A DNA stretch of 62,028 nt from a virus (lineage: Duplodnaviria > Caudoviricetes): the IMG/VR virus record IMGVR_UViG_3300036715_003821, positions 1-62,028 of that record; one strand, 5' to 3'. Shown piece after piece: positions 48,626 to 57,740 of the stretch. The translations under genes and the position numbers were made by a program. The notes under the pieces were generated by a model. That model was not told the DNA's origin. It searched no databases and was given only the letters and a program-made list of their open reading frames with translations. Position 1 is the stretch's first letter, and every line of letters begins with the position of its first letter.

Positions 48626-48665
48626 ACAACCTCTTGGTTAGACCGTTGTGGTCAGGTAAGCACAC

Positions 48666-48693
48666 AACATAACACGCCTCACCCATCCGTCAA
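48666..48693 (-). promoter_or_regulatory. sigma70-type promoter
   Basis: TTGACG-gatgggtgaggcgtgt-TATGTT. Confidence 0.8.
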
Positions 48694-48741
48694 GTGCTTT
48701 TTATTCTTCCGTAACATATCTACATTTTCAGATATCTTACT

Positions 48742-49575
48742 ATGAAATCAAACATAAAAAACATTATCTCACAAATAAATCTTATAAAAAATGCTGGAAT
48801 GATTGATGTTCCTAATTTTATTCTTCAAAAATTCAAACAAGAAATGCCAAAAAGAATAAATTCAAAAATCAACTTATTTATAAAATCAAATCGTGATTTA
48901 CATTTAGAGTCCAAACTAAAAGATGCCACTTCATTCTCTGATATTTATTTTGAAATAAACTCAAAAGAAGATTTGCAAGATTGGAAATACAAAGATTATT
49001 GGGTAAATGATTTACATGTTTCTTTAAATGTTGTATTTGCTGGTTTAAAATCTGATGTTAATTCTTTATCTGCTGCAAATTTCACTCATGAATATGATCC
49101 AAAAGAAAACTTATTGGATTGTCAAATTGTTATTAATGTACCCAAGATAACAATTGAAGATGTTCAAGATCCCATACCTCTTTATAAAGAAATTTATTCT
49201 TTGTTTCATCATGAATTAACTCATTTTGCACAAACTCTTTTGTACAAAATAAAAAATAATGATCATGGTAAATATTATGGTAATTGGAACAAAAAAACAA
49301 TTGACCTTAACAATCATACTCAAAATTCTTTAGAACTTTTAGAAGAACATTCTTTGATGGATATTGAGTTTTATCCAAATATTATCACACAAATAAATAA
49401 TTTTGAAAATTACTTAAAAACAAATGATAAATCTTTGGATGAAAATCTAAAAGAATTTATTGGAATACATGATGTGCCAAAATCACCTTTCTTTGCAGCA
49501 TTAAAAAAACACAACAAAGAAAAATACAAAAAAGCAATCAAAGAATTTTATAAACTTTATTCGAACCAAGAATAA
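48742..49575 (+). CDS. zincin-like protein, possibly virion-packaged
   Basis: HHELTHFAQ plus a later EFYP; N-terminal IKNAG. Confidence 0.65.
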   Translation: MKSNIKNIISQINLIKNAGMIDVPNFILQKFKQEMPKRINSKINLFIKSNRDLHLESKLKDATSFSDIYFEINSKEDLQDWKYKDYWVNDLHVSLNVVFAGLKSDVNSLSAANFTHEYDPKENLLDCQIVINVPKITIEDVQDPIPLYKEIYSLFHHELTHFAQTLLYKIKNNDHGKYYGNWNKKTIDLNNHTQNSLELLEEHSLMDIEFYPNIITQINNFENYLKTNDKSLDENLKEFIGIHDVPKSPFFAALKKHNKEKYKKAIKEFYKLYSNQE

Positions 49576-50231
49576 AGATCTTCAACATAAGAATTTAAAG
49601 CTTCAACTTTATGAAAGTTACCTTCATAAACAATTGGACAAAGATTTTTGTTTTCAACAACCCAATCAACCATAAAAGCTTCTTTTGTGGCAGGTTGATG
49701 TGAATCCCTCCTGCCATCATTCATAGAAATATGAATTTCTCTTATATTATCATACCCCTGAATTCTTTTTATTGTTTTATCTGAAATTAATTTTTGATGT
49801 TTCAAAATATAAACATGTGAAATATCAAGTGCAATTGGTCTTTTTGTATCCAAATAATAATTTATCTCTTCATCATTTGCAAGCCAATAACCTGGATGCA
49901 TAATTTCAAAAACCTGATTCTCAGGTTGTTTTTCTAACCACTCTTTAAATGTCATTGAATTTAATAACTTATTTGGTGGGTGAACAGATCTTTCATCTTG
50001 AATAAGTAATTCGAGATTGTTATTATAAATAGATGGAGCTACAGAATAATAACTAAAATTATGATGTACCTTATCTTGTGGTGATATAATACTTTTGAAT
50101 AATTTATTAATCTTATTCCCAGAACACAATTGTATTGCTTTTGGTTTTAAGTTTTTTAGTTTGTTATAAGCTTCAACTTGATCTATGCCTTGAAAACAAG
50201 ATGTGGCAAAATGAATGTAATTTGATTGCAT
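49557..50231 (-). CDS. xylose-isomerase/AP-endonuclease-2-like TIM-barrel metalloprotein
   Basis: SVHP, FE.M, LDISH, EIHIS, DSH motifs. Confidence 0.65.
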   Translation of the reverse strand: MQSNYIHFATSCFQGIDQVEAYNKLKNLKPKAIQLCSGNKINKLFKSIISPQDKVHHNFSYYSVAPSIYNNNLELLIQDERSVHPPNKLLNSMTFKEWLEKQPENQVFEIMHPGYWLANDEEINYYLDTKRPIALDISHVYILKHQKLISDKTIKRIQGYDNIREIHISMNDGRRDSHQPATKEAFMVDWVVENKNLCPIVYEGNFHKVEALNSYVEDLYSWFE

Positions 50232-50284
50232 TTATGAATAATTCCGAATAAGGTTTGTAGGTTATATTCTATATAGGTGAAAAA

Positions 50285-50884
50285 ATGGATCCAGTTATTA
50301 AAAAATTAGCAGATATTGTCAAGAAACAACAAGTTATTATCAAAAAACTTGCTCAACAACGTTCTTTAGATGATGCAATGAGGGACGCTGCCGAGCATCC
50401 AGAATTGCACAATTCCGCTCCAGGTTTGCGCTCTGCCCCTGGGTTAAGCTCTAACCCACAGATGGACGACACTGGACCCGATATTGGTAAGGTCGCTCCT
50501 GCGGTTCGTCCAACCCAACCAGCAGCAACTCCCATCCCAGCCGCTGATCGTCAAAAATATCTTCCTGTTGATGTTTCAGCTGCTTTAAAACAAGTTGCAA
50601 AAGCGAATGGTGATTCAAAGGGTAAATTCAATCAAGCTTCTTTAAAATATATTTCTTCTGTTAAGAAAAGCCCAGATGGTTCAGTGTTTCATTTTACCGT
50701 TAGTTCTTCTCAATTGAAAAATGCTTATCAAACAATGTTGCAAGATCCATCTAAGCAAGATAAACTTGATAAAGCAAAAGGTCAAATTCTTAACCAAGAT
50801 GCCAAAGTTCGTAAAATGCTAGAACTAGCTGTACAAGAACTTAATCAAGGTAAACCAGCTAAATACGATTACAAATACTTATGA
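50285..50884 (+). CDS. hypothetical protein, possibly virion-packaged
   Basis: IKKLADIVKKQQVIIKKLAQ N-terminus, Pro-rich linker. Confidence 0.7.
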   Translation: MDPVIKKLADIVKKQQVIIKKLAQQRSLDDAMRDAAEHPELHNSAPGLRSAPGLSSNPQMDDTGPDIGKVAPAVRPTQPAATPIPAADRQKYLPVDVSAALKQVAKANGDSKGKFNQASLKYISSVKKSPDGSVFHFTVSSSQLKNAYQTMLQDPSKQDKLDKAKGQILNQDAKVRKMLELAVQELNQGKPAKYDYKYL

Positions 50885-50912
50885 AAAAAAGCCACTGCAA
50901 AGTGGCTTTTTT
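50884..50912. terminator. bidirectional intrinsic terminator
   Basis: aaaaaaaGCCACT gcaa AGTGGCtttttt. Confidence 0.9.
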
Positions 50913-50914
50913 AT

Positions 50915-51373
50915 TTAGTACCTCAAATATTTACCACCATATTTTCCCCAAATTTTCAAATCACATGCAAGTATGATTAAATCAATATATTTATCATTAA
51001 TTTCTGATAATTCTTTGATAACTTCAACTAATTCATTAATATGAATTTCATTGATTTTATTTAAAATCAATTCTTCATCTTCAAATTGACATTTCATATC
51101 TTCAATTATATCTTCAACATATGATCCTTGATTTGATAAATCATAATTGAATAAACGGATATCTTTATGAGAATCATCATTGTAATAAACAACCATGTAA
51201 ACAGAATCTGAATAGCCACCTTCATCATTATATGAGCGATTAAGGTCAAATGAAAGATGACATTTTTCTGGAAGTTTTAATTTACATGTATCATAAAACA
51301 TCTTCTCAACATCACAAATAAGTTCTTCTTGAAGTGCTTTATATTTGGTTAGTTTTAATTTAAAAGATTCCAT
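50915..51373 (-). CDS. NDEGG-family protein 1
   Basis: LNRSYNDEGGY. Confidence 0.75.
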   Translation of the reverse strand: MESFKLKLTKYKALQEELICDVEKMFYDTCKLKLPEKCHLSFDLNRSYNDEGGYSDSVYMVVYYNDDSHKDIRLFNYDLSNQGSYVEDIIEDMKCQFEDEELILNKINEIHINELVEVIKELSEINDKYIDLIILACDLKIWGKYGGKYLRY

Positions 51374-51810
51374 CAGTAACCAATCTTAACTGGAATGCAT
51401 GAAAGACCTAGCAAATGATTGTATTCATTTAGTGACATGCAATCCATAACATGTTTTGCTATTTTCTCTAAATTATCAGTAAGTAATTTAATTTGCTTTT
51501 TTGTTAATCCAGTTTCAACTGGATCAATGTAATATTGCATCTCACTTCTAATATCTTCATTTATTACAATTGAACCGCCATCATAGATTAAATAGCAACA
51601 AATATTAACACCACCCTCATCATCCCCTTCATTATAAATTCTCCATTCCTTTACTTTTGGAAAGGTTTGTTTAATTTCCTCGGATAGTAAAGAAATATGA
51701 TTTCGTTTGGCTTCATTTAAAGCATTTAAGGCGTCATTATATTTACCATACAATTTATCAATTTTTTTCGCTAGTTGTGCTTTTGTTTGTTTTTTTTCAG
51801 TATTCTCCAT
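51373..51810 (-). CDS. NDEGG-family protein 2
   Basis: IYNEGDDEGGV. Confidence 0.75.
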   Translation of the reverse strand: MENTEKKQTKAQLAKKIDKLYGKYNDALNALNEAKRNHISLLSEEIKQTFPKVKEWRIYNEGDDEGGVNICCYLIYDGGSIVINEDIRSEMQYYIDPVETGLTKKQIKLLTDNLEKIAKHVMDCMSLNEYNHLLGLSCIPVKIGY

Positions 51811-52217
51811 CTCGAACCTCTACTGGTAATTTATATTCATCACAATCGCCATCTGTACAAAAAGTATAAAATGTTTTCAAGAATTGTTGAATAACTTTTT
51901 TGTCTTTTTCTTTTAGATCCTCTGGTAAGAAAGTATCTAATGTAAATTTAGAACAATCTTCCGTGTTCATAAGAGCATCTTCTGAATCCATTTTGTAAAC
52001 ATTATAAGACTCATCATCTTCTTGCACCACACAAACATCGTAGCATCTAACCCGACCCACATGGTTTCGCAATGAACTGTTAGATTTGCTTTAGTTAAAG
52101 CTTCTTTTGCTTTATCATATAGGGATAAACTTCTTCTTTTAGTTGATGAACTTCTGCTTGAAGATTTGAAATTTTTTCTTGTAATTTTTCAATTTTATTT
52201 ATTTTTACATCACTCAT
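51797..52217 (-). pseudogene. probable NDEGG-family member 3, frameshifted
   Basis: Coiled-coil N-terminus MSDVKINKIEKLQ and acidic C-terminus lie in different frames; motif region degraded. Confidence 0.45.
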
Positions 52218-52254
52218 ATTGCGTTCCTTAATTTTTACTTCATCTAACTTTGAA

Positions 52255-52731
52255 TTAGTCATGTTCATATTCCTTTGGAATATCTGTATTATCACAAACA
52301 TCTTCTAACCAAGACTCATCCGCATAATGTTGTAAGAAATCTGTTATTTTTTCAGCTAATTCATCCATCTTTTGTGCATCTTCCGATTGGAAATCTTTAA
52401 TATCACATTCTTCCAAGAAATCTAAAGCACTAATATCATTCACATACTCAGAAGCATGTTCAATTGTTTTCACTTCTTTTTTGTGTTTAACTACAATAGT
52501 TTCATATGTTTTGTGAAAGTGTAAATTAGGTGTAAAACTTTCTTTACCATCATCATCGTGAGAATAGCTACAAATTAACTGAAGTCCAACCTAATGTTTT
52601 TGAGCAGCTGGTATTTCCTTGAATTCTTTATAAAAACCATTTAATATACCCGCCGAAATATCAACGATTTTACAGTGAATTTCATTGCTTTTAGCAATTA
52701 AGTCATCAATTTCTTTATTCATTTTATTCAT
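52255..52731 (-). pseudogene. NDEGG-family member 4 with in-frame TAG at 52591-52593
   Basis: KEFKEIPAAQKH*VGL..YSHDDDGKESFTP aligns with KEFTEIPTIKKHGI..YDSNDNGGEDFYP of the neighbour. Confidence 0.75.
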
Positions 52732-52743
52732 TTTATTAATATT

Positions 52744-53232
52744 TCAGCTGAAATCATATTTAGATGGAAGGATTGTTTTGTCTAATGTATCTTCAATCCA
52801 AGGTTCTGCGGAATAAAACTCAATTAACTCACTTATTTTAGTTAATAGTTTCTCTCCATTTTCGATATCCTCATTTGGAAGATCTTTATCAATACCTAGT
52901 TTATCTGTCATAAAGTCTAATAGCGATTGATCTTCAAAATATGTAGATATGAAATTAGGCTCTTCTATTATTTTACATTTTCTTTTATCTTGAGTAGTTT
53001 CCTCTGGTTTATGAATGGTTTTAATGAGAATAAGTTTTGGATAAAAATCTTCTCCACCATTATCATTTGAATCGTAGTATTTAAATACAAAGATCTCAAT
53101 GCCATGTTTTTTGATTGTTGGTATTTCTGTAAATTCTTTATAGTAACCATCCAATAAGTCACTTGATATCTTTGCCATCTCATTGAAAAGTTCATTTACT
53201 TTTTCTTTTAATTTGTTAATATCTTTATTCAT
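52744..53232 (-). CDS. NDEGG-family protein 5
   Basis: YYDSNDNGGE. Confidence 0.75.
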   Translation of the reverse strand: MNKDINKLKEKVNELFNEMAKISSDLLDGYYKEFTEIPTIKKHGIEIFVFKYYDSNDNGGEDFYPKLILIKTIHKPEETTQDKRKCKIIEEPNFISTYFEDQSLLDFMTDKLGIDKDLPNEDIENGEKLLTKISELIEFYSAEPWIEDTLDKTILPSKYDFS

Positions 53233-53241
53233 ATTATTTAC

Positions 53242-53720
53242 CTATATGTGTTGCATTAAAGTTTCATAATCAATATGAGTTCTTTCAGTTAATCTATATT
53301 GCTCTCTAGCAATTTTATCCACACTTCTCTTTAGTTTACCCAGTGTAAAATGAAAATTAACCATATAAACATCATTGTGTTTTAATGTTGGTAATCCAAA
53401 ATGTTCTCTAATTCTACATAAATCTTCCGAATAACAATCTGTCCAAACATGTAAGCCATTTGTTTCATATTTTGAACTACACTTAAATTTTATAGTTGCA
53501 TCTTGGAATTTTTTGTTAAACCAATCATTATTTATAGAAGGTAACTCTGATTTAATTACGGAAATATGTGGTTTTTATTTACTTTTAAATCTAAATTAAA
53601 TTTTTCAATTTGAGAATTTTGAATTTCTTGACTGATATGCAATAACATCCAATCATCCTCATATTTAATAATACCTTCAACATAAGATGAATTCGAATAA
53701 TCTAATATGGATGAACTCAT
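53242..53720 (-). pseudogene. 2H phosphoesterase-like gene with a single frameshift
   Basis: KPHISVI and FHFTLG (two HxS/T motifs); frame restored by +1 nt in the A5 run at 53572-53576; ATGA overlap with the ligase stop. Confidence 0.65.
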
Positions 53721-55051
53721 TTTATTTCCTTTAATGAATTGGCAATGGTTTTATCAAATCTAATTTCTAAAAATACTGGTAAGAATAATGACCAAGCATC
53801 ATGTTTATCTTGTATTTTTGTGTTGTATTGTACCTTGGCTATTTTTCCAACCCATGATTCTGGGTCTTTGGAAAAATGAATAAGCATATCTTCGGTAAAA
53901 CCAGATCCAACATTAACATTTAATGTTTTATCTTCAGACTGACAGATAAATCCACCAATCCATCCGTTTTCTTTTCGCTTATTTTCACCTTCAAAGTAAC
54001 CAATGATTTTCAAGTCACAATCATTTACTTCTTTTAACTTAATCCAATGCTTTGAGCGTTTGCATTCGTAAAGGTGTGAAGCTGTCTTAATGATAAGACC
54101 TTCGCCTCCTTTGGCAACCACTTTGTTGAACAAATCATTAATTTCTGTTTTAGAAGAAACAACATGCATCTCTGCTTGAAGCAAATGCTTAAAAGAAGTG
54201 TCAAGAAATGTAGAAACAATTTGTTCCCTACGTTTTGTATATGGAACATTTCCTGTAATATCTTTTTCAATCCAAGCAAAATCACCAACATCAAATATAT
54301 TGAAAAGCAAATCACTATCTAAAGCTGATTTGGCTTTTCCCTTTAGAATTTGGTTTACTTTACCTGTTACAGATTTGCGATTAAAGTCTGTTAACTCACC
54401 ATCAATAAATACTTGATGGGAAATATTATTTTGTTGTTTAAACTTTTTGATAAATTCCGCCGCTTCTTTTTCAATAGAAGGCATCAAATCTGAATTAAGA
54501 ATATTGAAATTTCTGGTGTAAAAAGTTACGCCTTCTTTTTCTTCAACAGCAATTACACGCACACCATCATATTTGATTTCAGCATAATTCACTTTTGAAG
54601 TATCAATTTGCGTCATATCATCTTGTGCTGCCATTAACTCCAAATCTGGAATAAAGTTCTTGCCAAAAACTTTGTTGATAATAGAAACACCAACGCCAAT
54701 ATTAAGGTTTTTTGTTAGGATTTTAACAAGCATTTCTTTTTGTTCATCCGAACAAGATAAGCAACTCACTTGCTTTTCCAAGAAATGACGATCTTCATCT
54801 TTTGCTGCTTTCACAGTAAGTAGATAATTGATTTTTTCTTGGATTTTATCAAATGCATCATCACTTGTGGATGAAGAAGTTGTAATACTTAATTTTGAAA
54901 CTTTTGTTGTTTTGAATGGATTTGTTGCTATTTGCAGAAGCCATTTCATAGTTTCTGTCTTACAATCAGCAAGTAATTTTTGTTTTTCAGTTGCTGAACC
55001 TGTCCCAGATAACTGAGACATATCAATAAGTGTTTGTAATTCTTTCATCAA
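53717..55051 (-). CDS. lig: ATP-dependent DNA ligase
   Basis: EIKYDGVR, DGE, FD, EGLIIK, WIKLK, VGSGFT, LFLPVF..RFDK. Confidence 0.95.
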   Translation of the reverse strand: MMKELQTLIDMSQLSGTGSATEKQKLLADCKTETMKWLLQIATNPFKTTKVSKLSITTSSSTSDDAFDKIQEKINYLLTVKAAKDEDRHFLEKQVSCLSCSDEQKEMLVKILTKNLNIGVGVSIINKVFGKNFIPDLELMAAQDDMTQIDTSKVNYAEIKYDGVRVIAVEEKEGVTFYTRNFNILNSDLMPSIEKEAAEFIKKFKQQNNISHQVFIDGELTDFNRKSVTGKVNQILKGKAKSALDSDLLFNIFDVGDFAWIEKDITGNVPYTKRREQIVSTFLDTSFKHLLQAEMHVVSSKTEINDLFNKVVAKGGEGLIIKTASHLYECKRSKHWIKLKEVNDCDLKIIGYFEGENKRKENGWIGGFICQSEDKTLNVNVGSGFTEDMLIHFSKDPESWVGKIAKVQYNTKIQDKHDAWSLFLPVFLEIRFDKTIANSLKEIK

Positions 55052-55456
55052 TCATTCCTCATCTTCTATTTTAAATCCAGATTTTTTTAGAATCTTCACT
55101 ATATCCAAATGATTTTGGCTTGCATCATATGTTAGCTCATAAAATGAATCAACGAATTTTTTAAAAGATTTCTTATCATCTTTGCCAAAAGCATTAAGAC
55201 ATTCAATATCCTCGAAATCAAAGTCATCAAGAATATAATTTTCTTTTAAATATAGCGAATAATCTGTGATTATTCCACCCTCATCATCACTATTAATATC
55301 TACCATGATAATTAACTTATCAACAGATGAAATTAATTTCTTGACTTGTGAATATTCCCATTTAAAAACATCGATATAAGAATTTGTAAAATCTTCTTTT
55401 GATTTTTTAAATGCAACTTCTGCTTCTTTTATTTTTTCTCTTAGTTCTTTTGACAT
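55052..55456 (-). CDS. NDEGG-family protein 6
   Basis: DINSDDEGGI; start at MSKELREK. Confidence 0.75.
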   Translation of the reverse strand: MSKELREKIKEAEVAFKKSKEDFTNSYIDVFKWEYSQVKKLISSVDKLIIMVDINSDDEGGIITDYSLYLKENYILDDFDFEDIECLNAFGKDDKKSFKKFVDSFYELTYDASQNHLDIVKILKKSGFKIEDEE

Positions 55457-55457
55457 A

Positions 55458-55868
55458 TTAGTAATCAGAGCTTTCTTTAATACCAATATTAAATGCAATG
55501 TTTTCACAATCAAGATAAGTTTCTCCCAACATATCATCAAATGATTCTGAAAATTCTTTGAAATTTTCTTTTTGTTCTTCTGTTAGTTTTTCAACTTCTG
55601 ATTCTTCAAAATAATCTTCTAAGCAATCAATATCAAAATAATATCCATTAATACATGGATTATAATACGTCTTTGTACCACCCTCATCATTTGAGCTATA
55701 AGAAATATTAAGAGTTAAACCACCAATAGCTTTAGTAAGGTCTTTTATTTTATTGTATTGATATTTTAAAAGATCAATGTATAATTGTGAAATTTCATCA
55801 CGAGTATCTTTATATTTTTTAATGGATGAATTAATTTTATCTTTTGTTTCTACTACATTCATAATCAA
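55458..55868 (-). CDS. NDEGG-family protein 7
   Basis: SYSSNDEGGT. Confidence 0.75.
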   Translation of the reverse strand: MIMNVVETKDKINSSIKKYKDTRDEISQLYIDLLKYQYNKIKDLTKAIGGLTLNISYSSNDEGGTKTYYNPCINGYYFDIDCLEDYFEESEVEKLTEEQKENFKEFSESFDDMLGETYLDCENIAFNIGIKESSDY

Positions 55869-56269
55869 TATACTTCCTTAATTTTCATACCATATTTTCT
55901 CAAAGTATTAACACCATCAAAATCATCACTTCTTACGATTGCCTCAATTGTATTGCTAAAATCGTGAAAAAACTCCACTTGCTCTTCAGTTGGTTTATTA
56001 CCTAAATCAGCTAAAAAATCACCACAACGTTCATCAAGCCCTAAATAACTACCAGCTAAGACAAGAGAATAACTTTTGTATGTACCACCTTCATCATTGT
56101 AGTGATTACTTACATTAAGACTAATCTCACCAATTGGTTCAATAAATTCTTTAATTTTCTCATAGTCAGCTTTTAGTAAATCAACATGTAAGTCTGATAG
56201 TTCTTTTCTTAATTCATTCGCTTTTTCTTTAGACACTTTGATTTTTTCTAAAATTTCTGTATTACTCAT
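55865..56269 (-). CDS. NDEGG-family protein 8
   Basis: SNHYNDEGGT. Confidence 0.75.
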   Translation of the reverse strand: MSNTEILEKIKVSKEKANELRKELSDLHVDLLKADYEKIKEFIEPIGEISLNVSNHYNDEGGTYKSYSLVLAGSYLGLDERCGDFLADLGNKPTEEQVEFFHDFSNTIEAIVRSDDFDGVNTLRKYGMKIKEVY

Positions 56270-56287
56270 ATTTTCTTACCTTTAAAA

Positions 56288-56315
56288 AATAAACCCAACT
56301 TTCGTCGGGTTTATT
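56288..56315 (-). terminator. intrinsic terminator after nadV
   Basis: AATAAACCC aactttcgtc GGGTTTATT. Confidence 0.7.
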
Positions 56316-56319
56316 GTTA

Positions 56320-57696
56320 TCACTGTTCAGATAGTCGTTTTCGTATTTCATCCATAGAATCATTTACCAAAACTTCACCATTCAAATATACGGTTTGCAT
56401 AACCGAGTTAGTATGAGGTTCTTTATCACCAAGAGCAGAAGTTTGATAAAGACCAAATACATCCACCAAATCCAATCGACCCGCTTTGCTGCGCTTCCCT
56501 GGGTCCGTAACGGGATCTTTAAAGACTTCACGAGTCTTTCCATCAACAGTGATAGAAGAGCACTTCATGGCGAATTTAAAGGTGTCACGATTGGGAGCTT
56601 GAAGCAATGCTCCGCCCATCCCAAAAGCAATATTCGTTGCTGAATATTTATGGGAAACTAAATTATCCAAAATATCTTTAATCGAATCATAATTAATACC
56701 ATCACCTTGAATAACTCGAATATTATTAAGAACTTTATAACCCTTACTATTTAGGGTATGACCAAATTTTTTATCAAGAGATTGTACAACTTGCAAAACA
56801 ATATCTTTTGGGATACCAGAATCTGGACGAATAACAACAGTTGCTCCAGAATCAATTACCTCTTGCTTGAGTTTATCTCCCCACAAATTCTCACAAGCAT
56901 TGATAATATCATAACTATCAGAAACAACAGCTAGTATAGAACCAGGTTTAGCAAATTGCTTAAGCATATTACGATAAGCATCTTCTTCATGATCCTTACC
57001 CCATGAAGTGATTGAACTATGCTCCGCTGCTGGAATACTAAATCCAGCCATCTTGCAATTATAAAATTTATTTGCCATTCGAATACCTGCGACAGTATCA
57101 GAACCCAAAAAGTTTACCAAATGAGCTGCACCGCCAATTGCTGCGCTTTCTTGACTTGAAACTCCCCGAGAGCCGAAGTCATGGATTTTGAAGGAAATTT
57201 CAGCACTTGGGTCATCTGAGGATTGTTCCAAATACTTCATAACAAGTTTTTTCATGAAGTATGAATTGGTAGCAACGGTAATTGGATACCAAATTCGAAG
57301 AAGCATTGTTTCGAGCCAAGAAACAACCCAAAATGCTTTTGGATCAGTAGACTCCACAGAAACAAGAATGTTATGAGTTTCAATCAAAGAACCTTCCTTG
57401 GGTGCTCGAATACGTACTGGAAGTTTACCACCAAGATCCTTGGCAATATACATCCAGCCTTCATAATTAAAAGGTTCACCATGAGCATCAAAAAATTCTT
57501 TTGCTTCTTCAACTTCTTCAACAGTAACGCGATGAGTTAAATACTTCTTTAGATAATATTGAAGACCAAAGAAAACAGTACTTTCAAAGGGTCCACCCCG
57601 AGATTCCACGTAGCTAAACATACTCGTGGTATTAGGTGGGTATTGCACCGAATGACTTACTTTATAAGAATCAACGTCAATAAGATAATTTTCCAT
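56320..57696 (-). CDS. nadV: nicotinamide phosphoribosyltransferase (Nampt)
   Basis: DSYKVSH, HDFGSRG, AEHS, VSDSYD, RPDSG, IQGDG, FGMGG. Confidence 0.95.
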   Translation of the reverse strand: MENYLIDVDSYKVSHSVQYPPNTTSMFSYVESRGGPFESTVFFGLQYYLKKYLTHRVTVEEVEEAKEFFDAHGEPFNYEGWMYIAKDLGGKLPVRIRAPKEGSLIETHNILVSVESTDPKAFWVVSWLETMLLRIWYPITVATNSYFMKKLVMKYLEQSSDDPSAEISFKIHDFGSRGVSSQESAAIGGAAHLVNFLGSDTVAGIRMANKFYNCKMAGFSIPAAEHSSITSWGKDHEEDAYRNMLKQFAKPGSILAVVSDSYDIINACENLWGDKLKQEVIDSGATVVIRPDSGIPKDIVLQVVQSLDKKFGHTLNSKGYKVLNNIRVIQGDGINYDSIKDILDNLVSHKYSATNIAFGMGGALLQAPNRDTFKFAMKCSSITVDGKTREVFKDPVTDPGKRSKAGRLDLVDVFGLYQTSALGDKEPHTNSVMQTVYLNGEVLVNDSMDEIRKRLSEQ

Positions 57697-57699
57697 AAT

Positions 57700-57740
57700 A
57701 TACTCCTGTAATTTGTTATTTTTTATCCCCTACCTGGGAT
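57700..57740 (-). promoter_or_regulatory. leader hairpin plus AACAAAT box before the nadV RBS
   Basis: ATCCC-AGGTAG-GGGAT..AACAAAT..AGGAG. Confidence 0.55.

Noticed and set aside
52591-52593. In-frame TAG suggesting stop-codon recoding (code 15)
   Set aside because: TAG ends several well-defined genes (e.g. the exonuclease at 22943, the kinase at 27826) and long conserved genes are intact in code 11, so a nonsense mutation is more likely.
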